This document shows, one piece after another, positions 8,915-17,346 of a DNA stretch of 32,000 bases (its first letter is position 1; every line of letters starts with the position of its first letter). The notes below the pieces were generated by a model. The model did no database searches, had not been told where the DNA came from, and worked only from the letters and a program-made list of their open reading frames with translations. The stretch is from an archaeon (GTDB taxonomy: Archaea; Iainarchaeota; Iainarchaeia; Iainarchaeales; 1-14-0-10-31-34). The stretch is from NCBI GenBank assembly GCA_024277355.1, contig JAJRVL010000004.1, positions 150,001-182,000 of the forward strand. Reading direction: 5' to 3'. Both the position numbers and the translations under genes were made by a program.

Positions 8915-9859
8915 ATGGTTGAAAAAGTTTTTTTAGTGGGCCCAAGAGGTTTTTGCGCAGGAGTTGAAAGAGCAATCAAAGTAGTTGAAGACTGCATTGA
9001 ATTATTCGGCAAACCTGTTTATGTAAAACATGAAATTGTCCACAACAAAAATGTAGTTAATGACTTAGAAAAAAAAGGCGCAATAACAATTGAAGATATA
9101 AATGAAGTTCCTGAAAATTCTGTTGTAGTTTTTTCTGCTCATGGTTCTCCTCCAAACCATTATGAAATTGCAAAAAAAAGAAACTTAAAATTAATTGATG
9201 CAACTTGTCCTTTAGTTACAAAAGTTCATTTAGAAGTAAAAAAATTTGCTAAAGATGGATTTAAAATAATTTATATCTGCCATAAAAACCATATTGAAGC
9301 AAAAGGAGTAATGGGAGAATTAAAAACAGGAATTTATCCTGTTGAAAGCATTAAAGATGTAGAAGAACTTGAATTAAACGGAAAAATAATTTATTTAAGC
9401 CAGACAACTTTAAGTGTAAATGAAACAAAAGAAATAATTGAAGCAATAAAAAAGAAATTTCCTAATATAACTAATCCTCCAAAAGAAGACATTTGTTATG
9501 CTACTACAAACAGGCAGGCTGCAGTAAAAGAATTAATTAAAAAAGTTGAATTAGTTTTAATTGTTGGTTCAAAAACTTCATCTAATTCTCAAAGATTAGT
9601 TGAAACAGCAGTCTCTGCAGGAAAAAAAGGTTTTTTAGTTGATTCAGTTGAAGACTTAAAAGAAGAATGGTTTAAAGAAATAAAAAATGTAGGAATAAGT
9701 GCTGGCGCAAGTTCTCCTGAAAAATTAGTTCAAGAAATCGTTGAATACTTTACAAAAAAAGGCGCAGAAAAAGAAGAATTAATTGTATTAGAAGAAAGAA
9801 TGAAATTTATTGAACCATTTGAATTAACTAAAATAAAAAAAGAAAAAACAGAAAACTAA
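8915..9859 (+). CDS. ispH: 4-hydroxy-3-methylbut-2-enyl diphosphate reductase (IspH/LytB)
   Basis: GPRGFCAGVERAI, KHEIVHNKNVVNDL, SAHGSPP, DATCPLVTKVHLE, ICYATTNRQAAV, GISAGASSPEKLV; all three Fe-S cysteines present. Confidence 0.95.
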   Translation: MVEKVFLVGPRGFCAGVERAIKVVEDCIELFGKPVYVKHEIVHNKNVVNDLEKKGAITIEDINEVPENSVVVFSAHGSPPNHYEIAKKRNLKLIDATCPLVTKVHLEVKKFAKDGFKIIYICHKNHIEAKGVMGELKTGIYPVESIKDVEELELNGKIIYLSQTTLSVNETKEIIEAIKKKFPNITNPPKEDICYATTNRQAAVKELIKKVELVLIVGSKTSSNSQRLVETAVSAGKKGFLVDSVEDLKEEWFKEIKNVGISAGASSPEKLVQEIVEYFTKKGAEKEELIVLEERMKFIEPFELTKIKKEKTEN

Positions 9860-10191
9860 TACTTGAATTTCCTGTCATATTCCTTGTGATTTAAATACTC
9901 TAAATAAATCAAAAATAAATCTATTTCCCTGCCTGTAATTGTATAAATCATTCTCCAGTAAGAATCAAGATTAAATTTCCATAAGTTTGTTAAGCCGTAT
10001 TTTTTAATATATTCTTTTGGCCATAATTTTCTTGGAACTTTTTTTCCTGCTTCTTTATCAGCTCTTAATTTAACTGTAGCTTTTATTATTAGTTTAAGCA
10101 AATAATTTGCTTCCTGATTTCCTTTTTCAGCTTTTCTTTTTAGCTTAATAAAATCTTTATTAAATTCCTTAGAATAACGAATTTCATGCAT
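9856..10191 (-). CDS. RelE/ParE-superfamily toxin-like protein
   Basis: MHEIRYSKEFNKDFIKLKRKA...LWKFNLDSYWRMIYTITGREIDLFLIYLEYLNHKEYDRKF is a RelE-like fold signature. Confidence 0.75.
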   Translation of the reverse strand: MHEIRYSKEFNKDFIKLKRKAEKGNQEANYLLKLIIKATVKLRADKEAGKKVPRKLWPKEYIKKYGLTNLWKFNLDSYWRMIYTITGREIDLFLIYLEYLNHKEYDRKFKY

Positions 10192-10459
10192 TAGCTGTTA
10201 CACTCTTCTCAATCAGTTTTTTAGCTGTGGAAGAGTCTGCAAAAACCCAGACTAATTTATCATCTTTTGTAAGAATTACTTTTCTTGAATCAATCAAATA
10301 ATCAATTACAATTTTATAAGTTTGATACATTATTTTTTTTGGAAGATTTTTCCATAATTCAGTTCTGGAAAGATAATTATCTGAATTTTTTAGTTTATTT
10401 TCAATCATTAACACTGTATCAAGCCTTGGATAATGCAAAACAGTAGTCCTAAGTTTCAT
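10184..10459 (-). CDS. Small wHTH-like protein, putative antitoxin/partner of the RelE-like toxin
   Basis: YPRLDTVLMIENKLKNSDNYLSRTELWKNLPKKIMYQTYKIVIDYLIDSRKVILTKDDKLVWVF; 3' end overlaps the RelE-like start by 8 nt. Confidence 0.7.
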   Translation of the reverse strand: MKLRTTVLHYPRLDTVLMIENKLKNSDNYLSRTELWKNLPKKIMYQTYKIVIDYLIDSRKVILTKDDKLVWVFADSSTAKKLIEKSVTANA

Positions 10460-10537
10460 GCTATCATATAAACTTATATTATAACATTATTTAAGGTTTT
10501 TGCTTAAGTTAACTGAAAAACCAGAAAAAGAAATTAA

Positions 10538-10560
10538 AAAGAAGTAAAAATTACTTCTTT
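10538..10560 (-). terminator. Hairpin overlapping the sod stop codon, possible transcription terminator
   Basis: Perfect inverted repeat AAAGAAGTAA-AAA-TTACTTCTTT; on the minus strand it is followed by TTTTTAATTTC. Confidence 0.45.
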
Positions 10561-11156
10561 GCGTTAAGGAAATTTTCATTTACTTTTTCCCAGTTAATTA
10601 CGCTGAAAAAAGCTTTAATGTAATCAGGACGCTTATTCTGGTATTTCAGGTAATAACTATGCTCCCATACATCTAATACAAGCAAAGGAATTTTTCCTTC
10701 AGTTAAAGGACTGTCTTGATTTTTTGTCTGCATTATTTCTAATTCGCCGTTATTTAATACAAGCCAGACCCATCCGCTTCCAAATAAAGTTGCAGCTGCA
10801 CTAGAAAATTCTTCCTTGAATTTTTCAAATGAACCAAATTTTTCTGTTATTGCTTCAGCTATTTCTCCTTTGAATTCAACATCTTTTTTTAGTATTGTCC
10901 AGAAAAAATTATGGTTAATTACTCCTCCGCCATTGTTTTTTACTGCAGTTCTTATTTTTTCTGGGAGAACATTAACTTCAACAATTAATTCCTTTAAAGT
11001 TTTTTCCTGTAATTCAGAATGATTTTCTAAAGCTTTATTTAATTTATTTACATAACCTTGATGGTGCTTTGAATGATGGATTTCCATTGTTTTTGCATCA
11101 ATAAAAGGCTCTAATGCATTATATTCAAATTCTAATTTTGGTAATTCATGTTTCAT
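10551..11156 (-). CDS. Superoxide dismutase (Fe/Mn)
   Basis: [85 protein letters not shown]. Confidence 0.96.
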   Translation of the reverse strand: MKHELPKLEFEYNALEPFIDAKTMEIHHSKHHQGYVNKLNKALENHSELQEKTLKELIVEVNVLPEKIRTAVKNNGGGVINHNFFWTILKKDVEFKGEIAEAITEKFGSFEKFKEEFSSAAATLFGSGWVWLVLNNGELEIMQTKNQDSPLTEGKIPLLVLDVWEHSYYLKYQNKRPDYIKAFFSVINWEKVNENFLNAKK

Positions 11157-11168
11157 TTTTTCACTCTC

Positions 11169-11732
11169 CTAAATTTTTCCAACTAAGTTTAATCCAGGCT
11201 TTAAAGTTTTTTCTCCTTTATGCCAGTTCATTGGACAAACCTGTCCTTTATGTTCTTTAACAAATTTTGCTGCTTCAATTTTTCTCAGCAATTCAACAGT
11301 ACTTCTTCCAATACTGTTATCGTGAATTTCAAATGCTTTAAGAATTCCTTCAGAGTCAATAACAAAAGTTCCCCTTAAACTTAAGCCTTCTTCTTCAATA
11401 TAAGTTTCATAGTCTTTGCAGATTTTTCCTGTCGGGTCAGCTAACATTGGAAACTTAATTTTTTTTATTGTTTCAGAATTATCATGCCATGCTTTATGAA
11501 CAAATTCAGTGTCAGTGCTGACACTTAAAATTTCTGCACCCAATTCCTTGAATTTTCCATAATTATCAGCTAAATCCCCTAATTCAGTAGGACAGACAAA
11601 AGTAAAGTCAGCTGGATAAAAAAACAAAACAACCCATTTTCCTTTAAAGTCAGATAAACTGACTGTTTTTACTTCATCATTATGGAAAGCTTTAGTTGAG
11701 AACTCTGGTGCTTTTTCATTTATTTTAATCAT
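11169..11732 (-). CDS. ahpC: 2-Cys peroxiredoxin (AhpC/Prx family)
   Basis: APEFSTKAF, VVLFFYPADFTFVCPTELGDLAD, LSVSTDTEFVHKAWH, FPMLADPTGKICKDYE, LRGTFVIDSEG, VCPMNWHKGEKT. Confidence 0.95.
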   Translation of the reverse strand: MIKINEKAPEFSTKAFHNDEVKTVSLSDFKGKWVVLFFYPADFTFVCPTELGDLADNYGKFKELGAEILSVSTDTEFVHKAWHDNSETIKKIKFPMLADPTGKICKDYETYIEEEGLSLRGTFVIDSEGILKAFEIHDNSIGRSTVELLRKIEAAKFVKEHKGQVCPMNWHKGEKTLKPGLNLVGKI

Positions 11733-11736
11733 ATTT

Positions 11737-12126
11737 TCACTTCCTTTTTTTTAAACAGTTATTGCATAAACCATAAAAAATTACATTAACAGAATCTGCC
11801 TTGAATTTGCCTGACCTAAAATTATCCAAAAGATTTTTAGGAAATTTCTTGTCAACATATTCAGTTATAGAAAAACATTCCCTGCAGACGCAATGTTCAT
11901 GCAAAGAACAATCTGCATCAAACCTAAATTCTCCATTAATTTCAAGTTTTGAAATACTTTTATTTTCTGCTAATTTATTTAAATTACGGTAAACTGTAGC
12001 TAAAGTAATTGAAGGAATTTCTTTTTTTACTTCATTAAAAACCATTTCAGCAGTTGGATGAGTATTAACTTTAGATAAATATTCAAAAACTTTAGTCATC
12101 TGAACGGTTTTTCTTGCTTCAGCCAC
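11737..12126 (-). CDS. Fur-family regulator, PerR-like
   Basis: THPTAEMVFNEVKKEIPSITLATVYRNLNKLAENKSISKLEINGEFRFDADCSLHEHCVCRECFSITEY...LCNNC; sits directly upstream of ahpC and sod. Confidence 0.88.
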   Translation of the reverse strand: MAEARKTVQMTKVFEYLSKVNTHPTAEMVFNEVKKEIPSITLATVYRNLNKLAENKSISKLEINGEFRFDADCSLHEHCVCRECFSITEYVDKKFPKNLLDNFRSGKFKADSVNVIFYGLCNNCLKKRK

Positions 12127-12154
12127 AAAATCACTATTAATAACTAATATTATT

Positions 12155-12169
12155 TAATAACAATTATTA
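12155..12169. promoter_or_regulatory. Candidate Fur/PerR-type operator in a divergent promoter region
   Basis: TAATAACAATTATTA, a 15-bp palindrome: perfect 6-3-6, or 7-1-7 with one mismatch, matching Fur-family box geometry. Confidence 0.4.
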
Positions 12170-12219
12170 TTTAAATCTTTTGTTTGTTTTATTTCTTATT
12201 AATTCAGGAGAGTGGTATT

Positions 12220-12387
12220 ATGGCTGTATTAAAATGTGATTCATGTGAATCAAAAGTTGAATCAAATAGATGTTGTGATAAACCAATGGAATTGGAAGGA
12301 AATACTTTGAAGTGTAATTCCTGCGGTAAAACAGTTGAAGTAAATCATTGCTGTGGAAATCCAATGCATGAACACAAAGATGAATAA
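12220..12387 (+). CDS. Small desulforedoxin/zinc-ribbon-like protein with duplicated Cys motif
   Basis: MAVLKCDSCESKVESNRCCDKPMELEGNTLKCNSCGKTVEVNHCCGNPMHEHKDE; ATG at 12220 preceded by CAGGAG. Confidence 0.75.
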   Translation: MAVLKCDSCESKVESNRCCDKPMELEGNTLKCNSCGKTVEVNHCCGNPMHEHKDE

Positions 12388-12432
12388 AATAAACAAATAA
12401 TTAAATAAAAAAAAGGCAATAAATAAAATAAT

Positions 12433-13530
12433 TCAGTATTCAGGATAAGCAGTAATCATTAAATCTGATTCAATTAATTCAACTGAAATTCCGGTTAATT
12501 TTACTGCTTTGTTTATTTTTTTTGTTTTTAAATCTCCAAAAACAGGAATTCCTTTTCCTAAAATTTTTGGTGCAATAAAAAAAACAAATTTATCTATTAG
12601 TTTTTGTTTTAAGAACGAAGTATAAATTTTTGAACCGCCTTCAATTAAAACACTTGAAATTCCTTTTTTTCCTAAAATTTTCATTAAATCATTTAAATTA
12701 ACTAAATTATTTTTTTCTTTTAATTTAATTGCTTTTTTATTTTTTATTTTTAATTCAATTATTTTTCCTTTAAATTTTTTTTCTTTAAACAATTTTTTGT
12801 TTGTTGTTGCAATTAAAAAGTTTTCATCTGCAAAAACATTTAGTTTTGATGACAGTTTTTTTCCTGCAACAATTATTCTTAAAGGATTTCTTCCGTTTTT
12901 TATTCTTGAAGTTAATTTTGGGTTGTCTTTTATTACAGTGTTTTCTCCAACTAAAATTGCATCAACTTTATTTCTTATTTCGTGAACTTTTTTTCTTGAT
13001 TTTTTATTTGAAATCCATTTTGAATTAAATGATTGAGAAGCAATTTTGCCGTCTAATGTCATTGCAGTTTTTAAGATTACATAAGGTTTTTTTGTTTTCT
13101 GAAATTTAATAAATGCTTTATTTATTTTTTCTGCTTGTTTTTTCAGTAAACCTGTTTTTACGTTGATTCCTGCTTTTTTTAGTTTTTTTATTCCTTTTCC
13201 GTTAACTAATTTGTTTGGGTCTTTTAATGCAATAAATACTTTTTTTATTTTTGAATTAATTATTGCATTAACACAAGGAGGCGTTTTGCCATAATGACTG
13301 CATGGTTCTAATGAAACATATAATTCTGCGTTTTTTGCTTTTTTTCCTGCTTTTTGTAATGCATTAATTTCTGCGTGTTTTTCTCCGAATTTTTTGTGGA
13401 ATCCTTTAGAAATAATTTTATTGTTTTTTACTATTATGCATCCGACAAAAGGATTAGGAGAAGGATTTCCTTTCAAAGAAATGTCTAATGCTTTCTGCAT
13501 AAACTTTTTTTCAGAAAAAAACTTTACCAA
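12433..13530 (-). CDS. ribD: Bifunctional riboflavin deaminase/reductase RibD
   Basis: PNPFVGCIIV, HAEINALQKAG, LYVSLEPCSHYGKTPPC, AMTLDGKIASQSFNSKWIS, VDAILVGENTV, VLIEGGSKIYTSF, FFIAPKILGKG. Probable start TTG 13530 or ATG 13500; track start 13587 probably too long. Confidence 0.9.
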   Translation of the reverse strand: MVKFFSEKKFMQKALDISLKGNPSPNPFVGCIIVKNNKIISKGFHKKFGEKHAEINALQKAGKKAKNAELYVSLEPCSHYGKTPPCVNAIINSKIKKVFIALKDPNKLVNGKGIKKLKKAGINVKTGLLKKQAEKINKAFIKFQKTKKPYVILKTAMTLDGKIASQSFNSKWISNKKSRKKVHEIRNKVDAILVGENTVIKDNPKLTSRIKNGRNPLRIIVAGKKLSSKLNVFADENFLIATTNKKLFKEKKFKGKIIELKIKNKKAIKLKEKNNLVNLNDLMKILGKKGISSVLIEGGSKIYTSFLKQKLIDKFVFFIAPKILGKGIPVFGDLKTKKINKAVKLTGISVELIESDLMITAYPEY

Positions 13531-13701
13531 AAAACAACACCCTGCATTTTTTTTTCTTTCATTATAGAAAATAATAATTGCAATCAAATAAAAAAACTAT
13601 TTTTTCACTGTATTGAACTTAAATTCCCTTCTAAAAAACCCCTAAACAACTTACAAAACAAAAAAAATATTTAAATTGAATGCAACGACAAAAAACGAAG
13701 A

Positions 13702-13998
13702 TTAGTCTGCACAAAGCATTCTTTCTGAAGAATTTATTACTTGTCCTTCACTATCTAAAAAAATAGAAACTTTATCTATTTTGCAGCCAATCCACCCGCC
13801 CTCTCTAGTAAAATCCACTCTAAATTTTTCAAAATCTTCCTTAGTTAATGAGGGTTCTCCAAATTCACCAGAATCAGAATAGTTTTCTTCAAAATATTTT
13901 TCTGCATTTTTAATTATTTTATTGTTATTACTACTATTTTCAGTACATCCTAAAAACAAAATAATAACTAAAGTTAGAATAAATAAAATTTTTTTCAT
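13702..13998 (-). CDS. Small lipoprotein of unknown function
   Basis: MKKILFILTLVIILFLGCTENSSNNN: signal peptide with LFLGC lipobox. Confidence 0.65.
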   Translation of the reverse strand: MKKILFILTLVIILFLGCTENSSNNNKIIKNAEKYFEENYSDSGEFGEPSLTKEDFEKFRVDFTREGGWIGCKIDKVSIFLDSEGQVINSSERMLCAD

Positions 13999-14061
13999 TT
14001 TAGAATTATTACTTCTTTCTTATTTATAATATTATTTCTTCGTCAAAACCAAAAACTAAGA

Positions 14062-14070
14062 TTTAAATAT
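14062..14070 (+). promoter_or_regulatory. TATA-like box of a probable leaderless transcript
   Basis: TTTAAATAT followed 24 nt later by ATG at 14095. Confidence 0.5.
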
Positions 14071-14094
14071 TAGTTTTATCTTTATTTGAACAAC

Positions 14095-15156
14095 ATGAAT
14101 TTAGATTTTATTTCAACTTGGTTTAATGTTTTAGTTAAACCTAAAGAAACTTTTGAGAAAGAGAAGGTTAACTCTTCATATTATGAGGGATTAAAAAATT
14201 TTGCAATTGGCTTAATCATTTACGCTTTTTTATCAGCCTTTTTTACTGCTTTTTTTTCAACCCAGAGTGTCCATTCGGGATTTAGTCTCCAGAGCATTGT
14301 TAATGAACTAATTTTAGCAGTTTTATTTCTTATCCCTTTTCTTTTAGTTTATTATGTTATTTTTTATATTCTAAATGCTATCTGCAACGGCTCAGCTACA
14401 TTCAAAGAAATATTTTATCTGTCTAGTTTATTTTTTGCCCCTTTCATTATATTAAACGCAGTAATGAATTATGCATTAGGCTTTTTTTCTTTGAACATAT
14501 TTTATTATATGGGTTATTCTGGTTATGGGTTAGGACTAGCTACTTTGTTTTTTATTATGTGGTCAATTTATCTGACTTCAAAAATAATTTTCAGTGTCTT
14601 TGAATCAAAAATGAAAAATAATATTATAAAAGCAATAACCGAAATTATTGTTTTTGTAATAAGCATTTTTGCTGTAATCTTTATAGTACTTAATCTACTA
14701 ACTGTTATACTTTTTATTCCTTTAAAACAAGATTACAGCAGTTTCCAGGAAATTAAATATTCAGGACAATTAAAAGATAAAAACATTGAAATTTTTTATG
14801 GGAAAGGAGTAATGTTTACAGGCTGGGGTTATTCATATGAATTCGCTAATGATGGAACACTAATTTTTAAAACAAATGAAAGCCGTTTTGAACAAAAAAC
14901 AGAACAATTTAAGATGGATAGAGAAAAACTTGAAAATTTAGCATTCCAGATACAACATTTAGATTTTTTTACCCTTAAAGATGATTATGACTGTCGAAAG
15001 GACCCATCAATTAAGACGTCATGCTTTACTGATTCACAGAGTGTAACAATAAGATTAACAATAGGAGACAAAACTAAATCAGTTTATGAATATGACAATT
15101 CAGGACCAATAGAATTAAGACACATAGAAAATTTAATTAAAGACTGGAACAATTGA
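14095..15156 (+). CDS. Multipass membrane protein (Yip1-like) with soluble C-terminal domain
   Basis: Hydrophobic segments followed by a ~120 aa soluble region (NIEIFYGKGVMFTGWGYSYEF...DDYDCRKDPSIKTSCFTDSQSVTIRL). ATG 14095 lies 24-25 nt after TTTAAATAT. Confidence 0.7.
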   Translation: MNLDFISTWFNVLVKPKETFEKEKVNSSYYEGLKNFAIGLIIYAFLSAFFTAFFSTQSVHSGFSLQSIVNELILAVLFLIPFLLVYYVIFYILNAICNGSATFKEIFYLSSLFFAPFIILNAVMNYALGFFSLNIFYYMGYSGYGLGLATLFFIMWSIYLTSKIIFSVFESKMKNNIIKAITEIIVFVISIFAVIFIVLNLLTVILFIPLKQDYSSFQEIKYSGQLKDKNIEIFYGKGVMFTGWGYSYEFANDGTLIFKTNESRFEQKTEQFKMDREKLENLAFQIQHLDFFTLKDDYDCRKDPSIKTSCFTDSQSVTIRLTIGDKTKSVYEYDNSGPIELRHIENLIKDWNN

Positions 15157-15174
15157 AGAAATAAAAGTTTCAAT

Positions 15175-16401
15175 TTAAAGCAAATGCCCCATTTTTGTTT
15201 TTTTTGTTTTAAAATAGTCTGCTGCATAAACTGAAGGAATAACTTTTAATGGAATTCTTTTTGAAACTTTTATTCCATTTGATTCAAGAGAAGAAATTTT
15301 TTCAGGATTATTAGTCATTAATTTAACTTTTTTTACTTTAAATTTTTTTAAAATTTCTGCGGCAACAGAAAAATCCCTTAAATCAGTTTTATAACCTAAA
15401 GCATTATTTGCTTCAACTGTATCAAAACCTTTTTCCTGCAGACTATAAGCTTTAATTTTTTCAGTTAAACCAATGCCTCTTCCTTCCTGAAACAAATAAA
15501 TAATTATTCCTTTTCCTTCTTCATTTATTTTTTTCATTGCAGTATTTAATTGTATTCCGCAATCGCATTTCAAAGAATGAAAAGTTTCACCAGTAATACA
15601 GCTTGAATGAATTCTAACTAAAACTTCCTGTTCTTTAATAATTCCTTTAACTAAAGCTAAATGAACTGAATTATCTTTAGAAAAAGAAAAAGCAGTTACA
15701 TTAAATTCACCAAAATTAGTCGGAACATTAGCTGAAGCCAAAAATTCAACTGAACTTTTATTTAATTTTAATTTTTTATTTAACTTAATTTTTTCAGGGT
15801 TTTTTTTAATAAATTCAACTAACTGATTAACAGAAATAATTTTGATTTCATGTTCAATAGAAAAATCTTTAATTTGTTCAAGAGATTTAACGCTTCCATC
15901 TTTATTCATTAATTCTCCAATTACTCCGGCTGGAAATAAACCTGACAATCTGCATAAGTCAACCGCAGATTCCGTGTGGCCGTTTCTTTCAAGGACTCCG
16001 CCTTGCTTTGAATACAAAGGAAAAATATGGCCGGGCATGCCAAAATCTTTTTTTGTTGAAGCAGGATTAATTAAAGCTTTAATTGTTTCAGTTCTGTCTT
16101 TAGCTGAAATACCAGAACCAACTTTTTGTATTGCATCAACTGAAACAGAAAAACTTGTATCAAAATTATCTGAATTATTTACAGTCATTCTTGGAATTCC
16201 TAATTCATTTAACCTTGATTCAGTCATTGGAACACAAATTATTCCTGATGAATGTTCAATCAAAAAAGCCATTTGTTTTACAGAAATTTTTTCAGCAGGA
16301 ATAAATAAGTCTCCTTCGTTTTCCCTGTCATTATCATCAACAACAATAACAAAATTTCCTTTTTTTATTTCAATTAAAATTTCAGGAACAGAAGAAAACA
16401 C
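15175..16401 (-). CDS. ribBA: Bifunctional DHBP synthase / GTP cyclohydrolase II (RibBA)
   Basis: VDDNDRENEGDLFIPAE, RNGHTESAVDLCRLSGLFPAGVIGELMN; RIHSSCITGETFHSLKCDCGIQL, FQEGRGIGLTEKIKAYSLQEKGFDTVEANNALG, LMTNNPEKI. Confidence 0.95.
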   Translation of the reverse strand: MFSSVPEILIEIKKGNFVIVVDDNDRENEGDLFIPAEKISVKQMAFLIEHSSGIICVPMTESRLNELGIPRMTVNNSDNFDTSFSVSVDAIQKVGSGISAKDRTETIKALINPASTKKDFGMPGHIFPLYSKQGGVLERNGHTESAVDLCRLSGLFPAGVIGELMNKDGSVKSLEQIKDFSIEHEIKIISVNQLVEFIKKNPEKIKLNKKLKLNKSSVEFLASANVPTNFGEFNVTAFSFSKDNSVHLALVKGIIKEQEVLVRIHSSCITGETFHSLKCDCGIQLNTAMKKINEEGKGIIIYLFQEGRGIGLTEKIKAYSLQEKGFDTVEANNALGYKTDLRDFSVAAEILKKFKVKKVKLMTNNPEKISSLESNGIKVSKRIPLKVIPSVYAADYFKTKKTKMGHLL

Positions 16402-16817
16402 TATAATTCCTCCATTAAATCAATTAATTTTGAAACTGATTCAACTGCATGAACTGAAACAGAATTAATTCTTTTAACTGCAGTTTCTTTAGTCATTCTC
16501 GGCCCTGAAACTCCAAAAGCAACAGGTTTATTGAATTCCAAAGACAAAAAAGAAATTTTTTCTGCAGAAATAAAAGAAACTAATTTATCATGAGCAGTTT
16601 CCCCTTGAATAACACAACCTAAAACAACTATTCCTTGAATTTCTTTTTTTTCTAAAAGTTTTTTTACAATTAAAGGAAAATCAAATACTCCGGGAACAAA
16701 AACAGATTCAACTACATCTAAATTTAATTTTTTTGCTTTACTTAAAGCAGATTCAAGCATTTTTTCTGTTATCTCTTTATGGTATTCTGCGGTAACAAAA
16801 GCAATTTTTTTATTCAT
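16401..16817 (-). CDS. ribH: 6,7-dimethyl-8-ribityllumazine synthase (RibH)
   Basis: VPGVFDFPLIVKKLL, GIVVLGCVIQGETAHDKLV, PVAFGV. Internal ATG 16817 preferred over 16835. Confidence 0.92.
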   Translation of the reverse strand: MNKKIAFVTAEYHKEITEKMLESALSKAKKLNLDVVESVFVPGVFDFPLIVKKLLEKKEIQGIVVLGCVIQGETAHDKLVSFISAEKISFLSLEFNKPVAFGVSGPRMTKETAVKRINSVSVHAVESVSKLIDLMEEL

Positions 16818-17277
16818 TCTTAATTTCACCTGCATTACTGAAACCCTGTCTTATTCCTTTTCCTGCTAAGTCAGATAAAGCAGTTTTTCCTTCCAGTAAT
16901 TTAACTGCATTAATTGCATGTTTTTTTGTTCTGTTTTCACTTATTTCAAATAATTGTTTTTCATTTTTTGCTTCATCTAAATGAACAAAAACTTCAAGAA
17001 TATGCTTGTTTGTCATTAACTGGACTGCCTGAATTCCTAAAGAAGCTTCATGAGAACAAGTTTTATCTATTTTTTCTTTTCCAGGCATGCCTAAAGCAAT
17101 AACTAAATCGCAGTTGAATTTTTCAAATAAAATTTTGCATGCAACAGGTAAATCTTTTATGCCTGGAACAGTATATCTTTCGGTGTCTCCTGAAAAATTT
17201 AATTCTTTTAACTGCTGTTCAGCAAAAGCAAACATATTAATTCTTGAAAACATTGTATCAGCTATTCCAATCTTCAT
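16810..17277 (-). CDS. ribC: Archaeal-type riboflavin synthase (MJ1184 family)
   Basis: KIGIADTMFSRINM, YTVPGIKDLPVACKILFEKFNCDLVIALGMPGKEKIDKTCSHEASLGIQAVQLMTNKHILEVFVHLDEA, AGKGIRQGFSNAG. Confidence 0.94.
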   Translation of the reverse strand: MKIGIADTMFSRINMFAFAEQQLKELNFSGDTERYTVPGIKDLPVACKILFEKFNCDLVIALGMPGKEKIDKTCSHEASLGIQAVQLMTNKHILEVFVHLDEAKNEKQLFEISENRTKKHAINAVKLLEGKTALSDLAGKGIRQGFSNAGEIKNE

Positions 17278-17346
17278 TTACTCACCATAAATAAAAGAAA
17301 TAAATACTACTTAAAAATGTTTGGCTACCCAAAAACGAGTAGATAA

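Noticed and set aside
13471-13587. N-terminal extension of RibD in the ORF track (MIAIIIFYNERKKNAGCC...)
   Set aside because: It does not resemble RibD N-termini; TTG 13530 or ATG 13500 fit the family better.
15842-16468. 208-aa plus-strand ORF over ribBA
   Set aside because: Antisense shadow of a highly conserved gene; no independent support.
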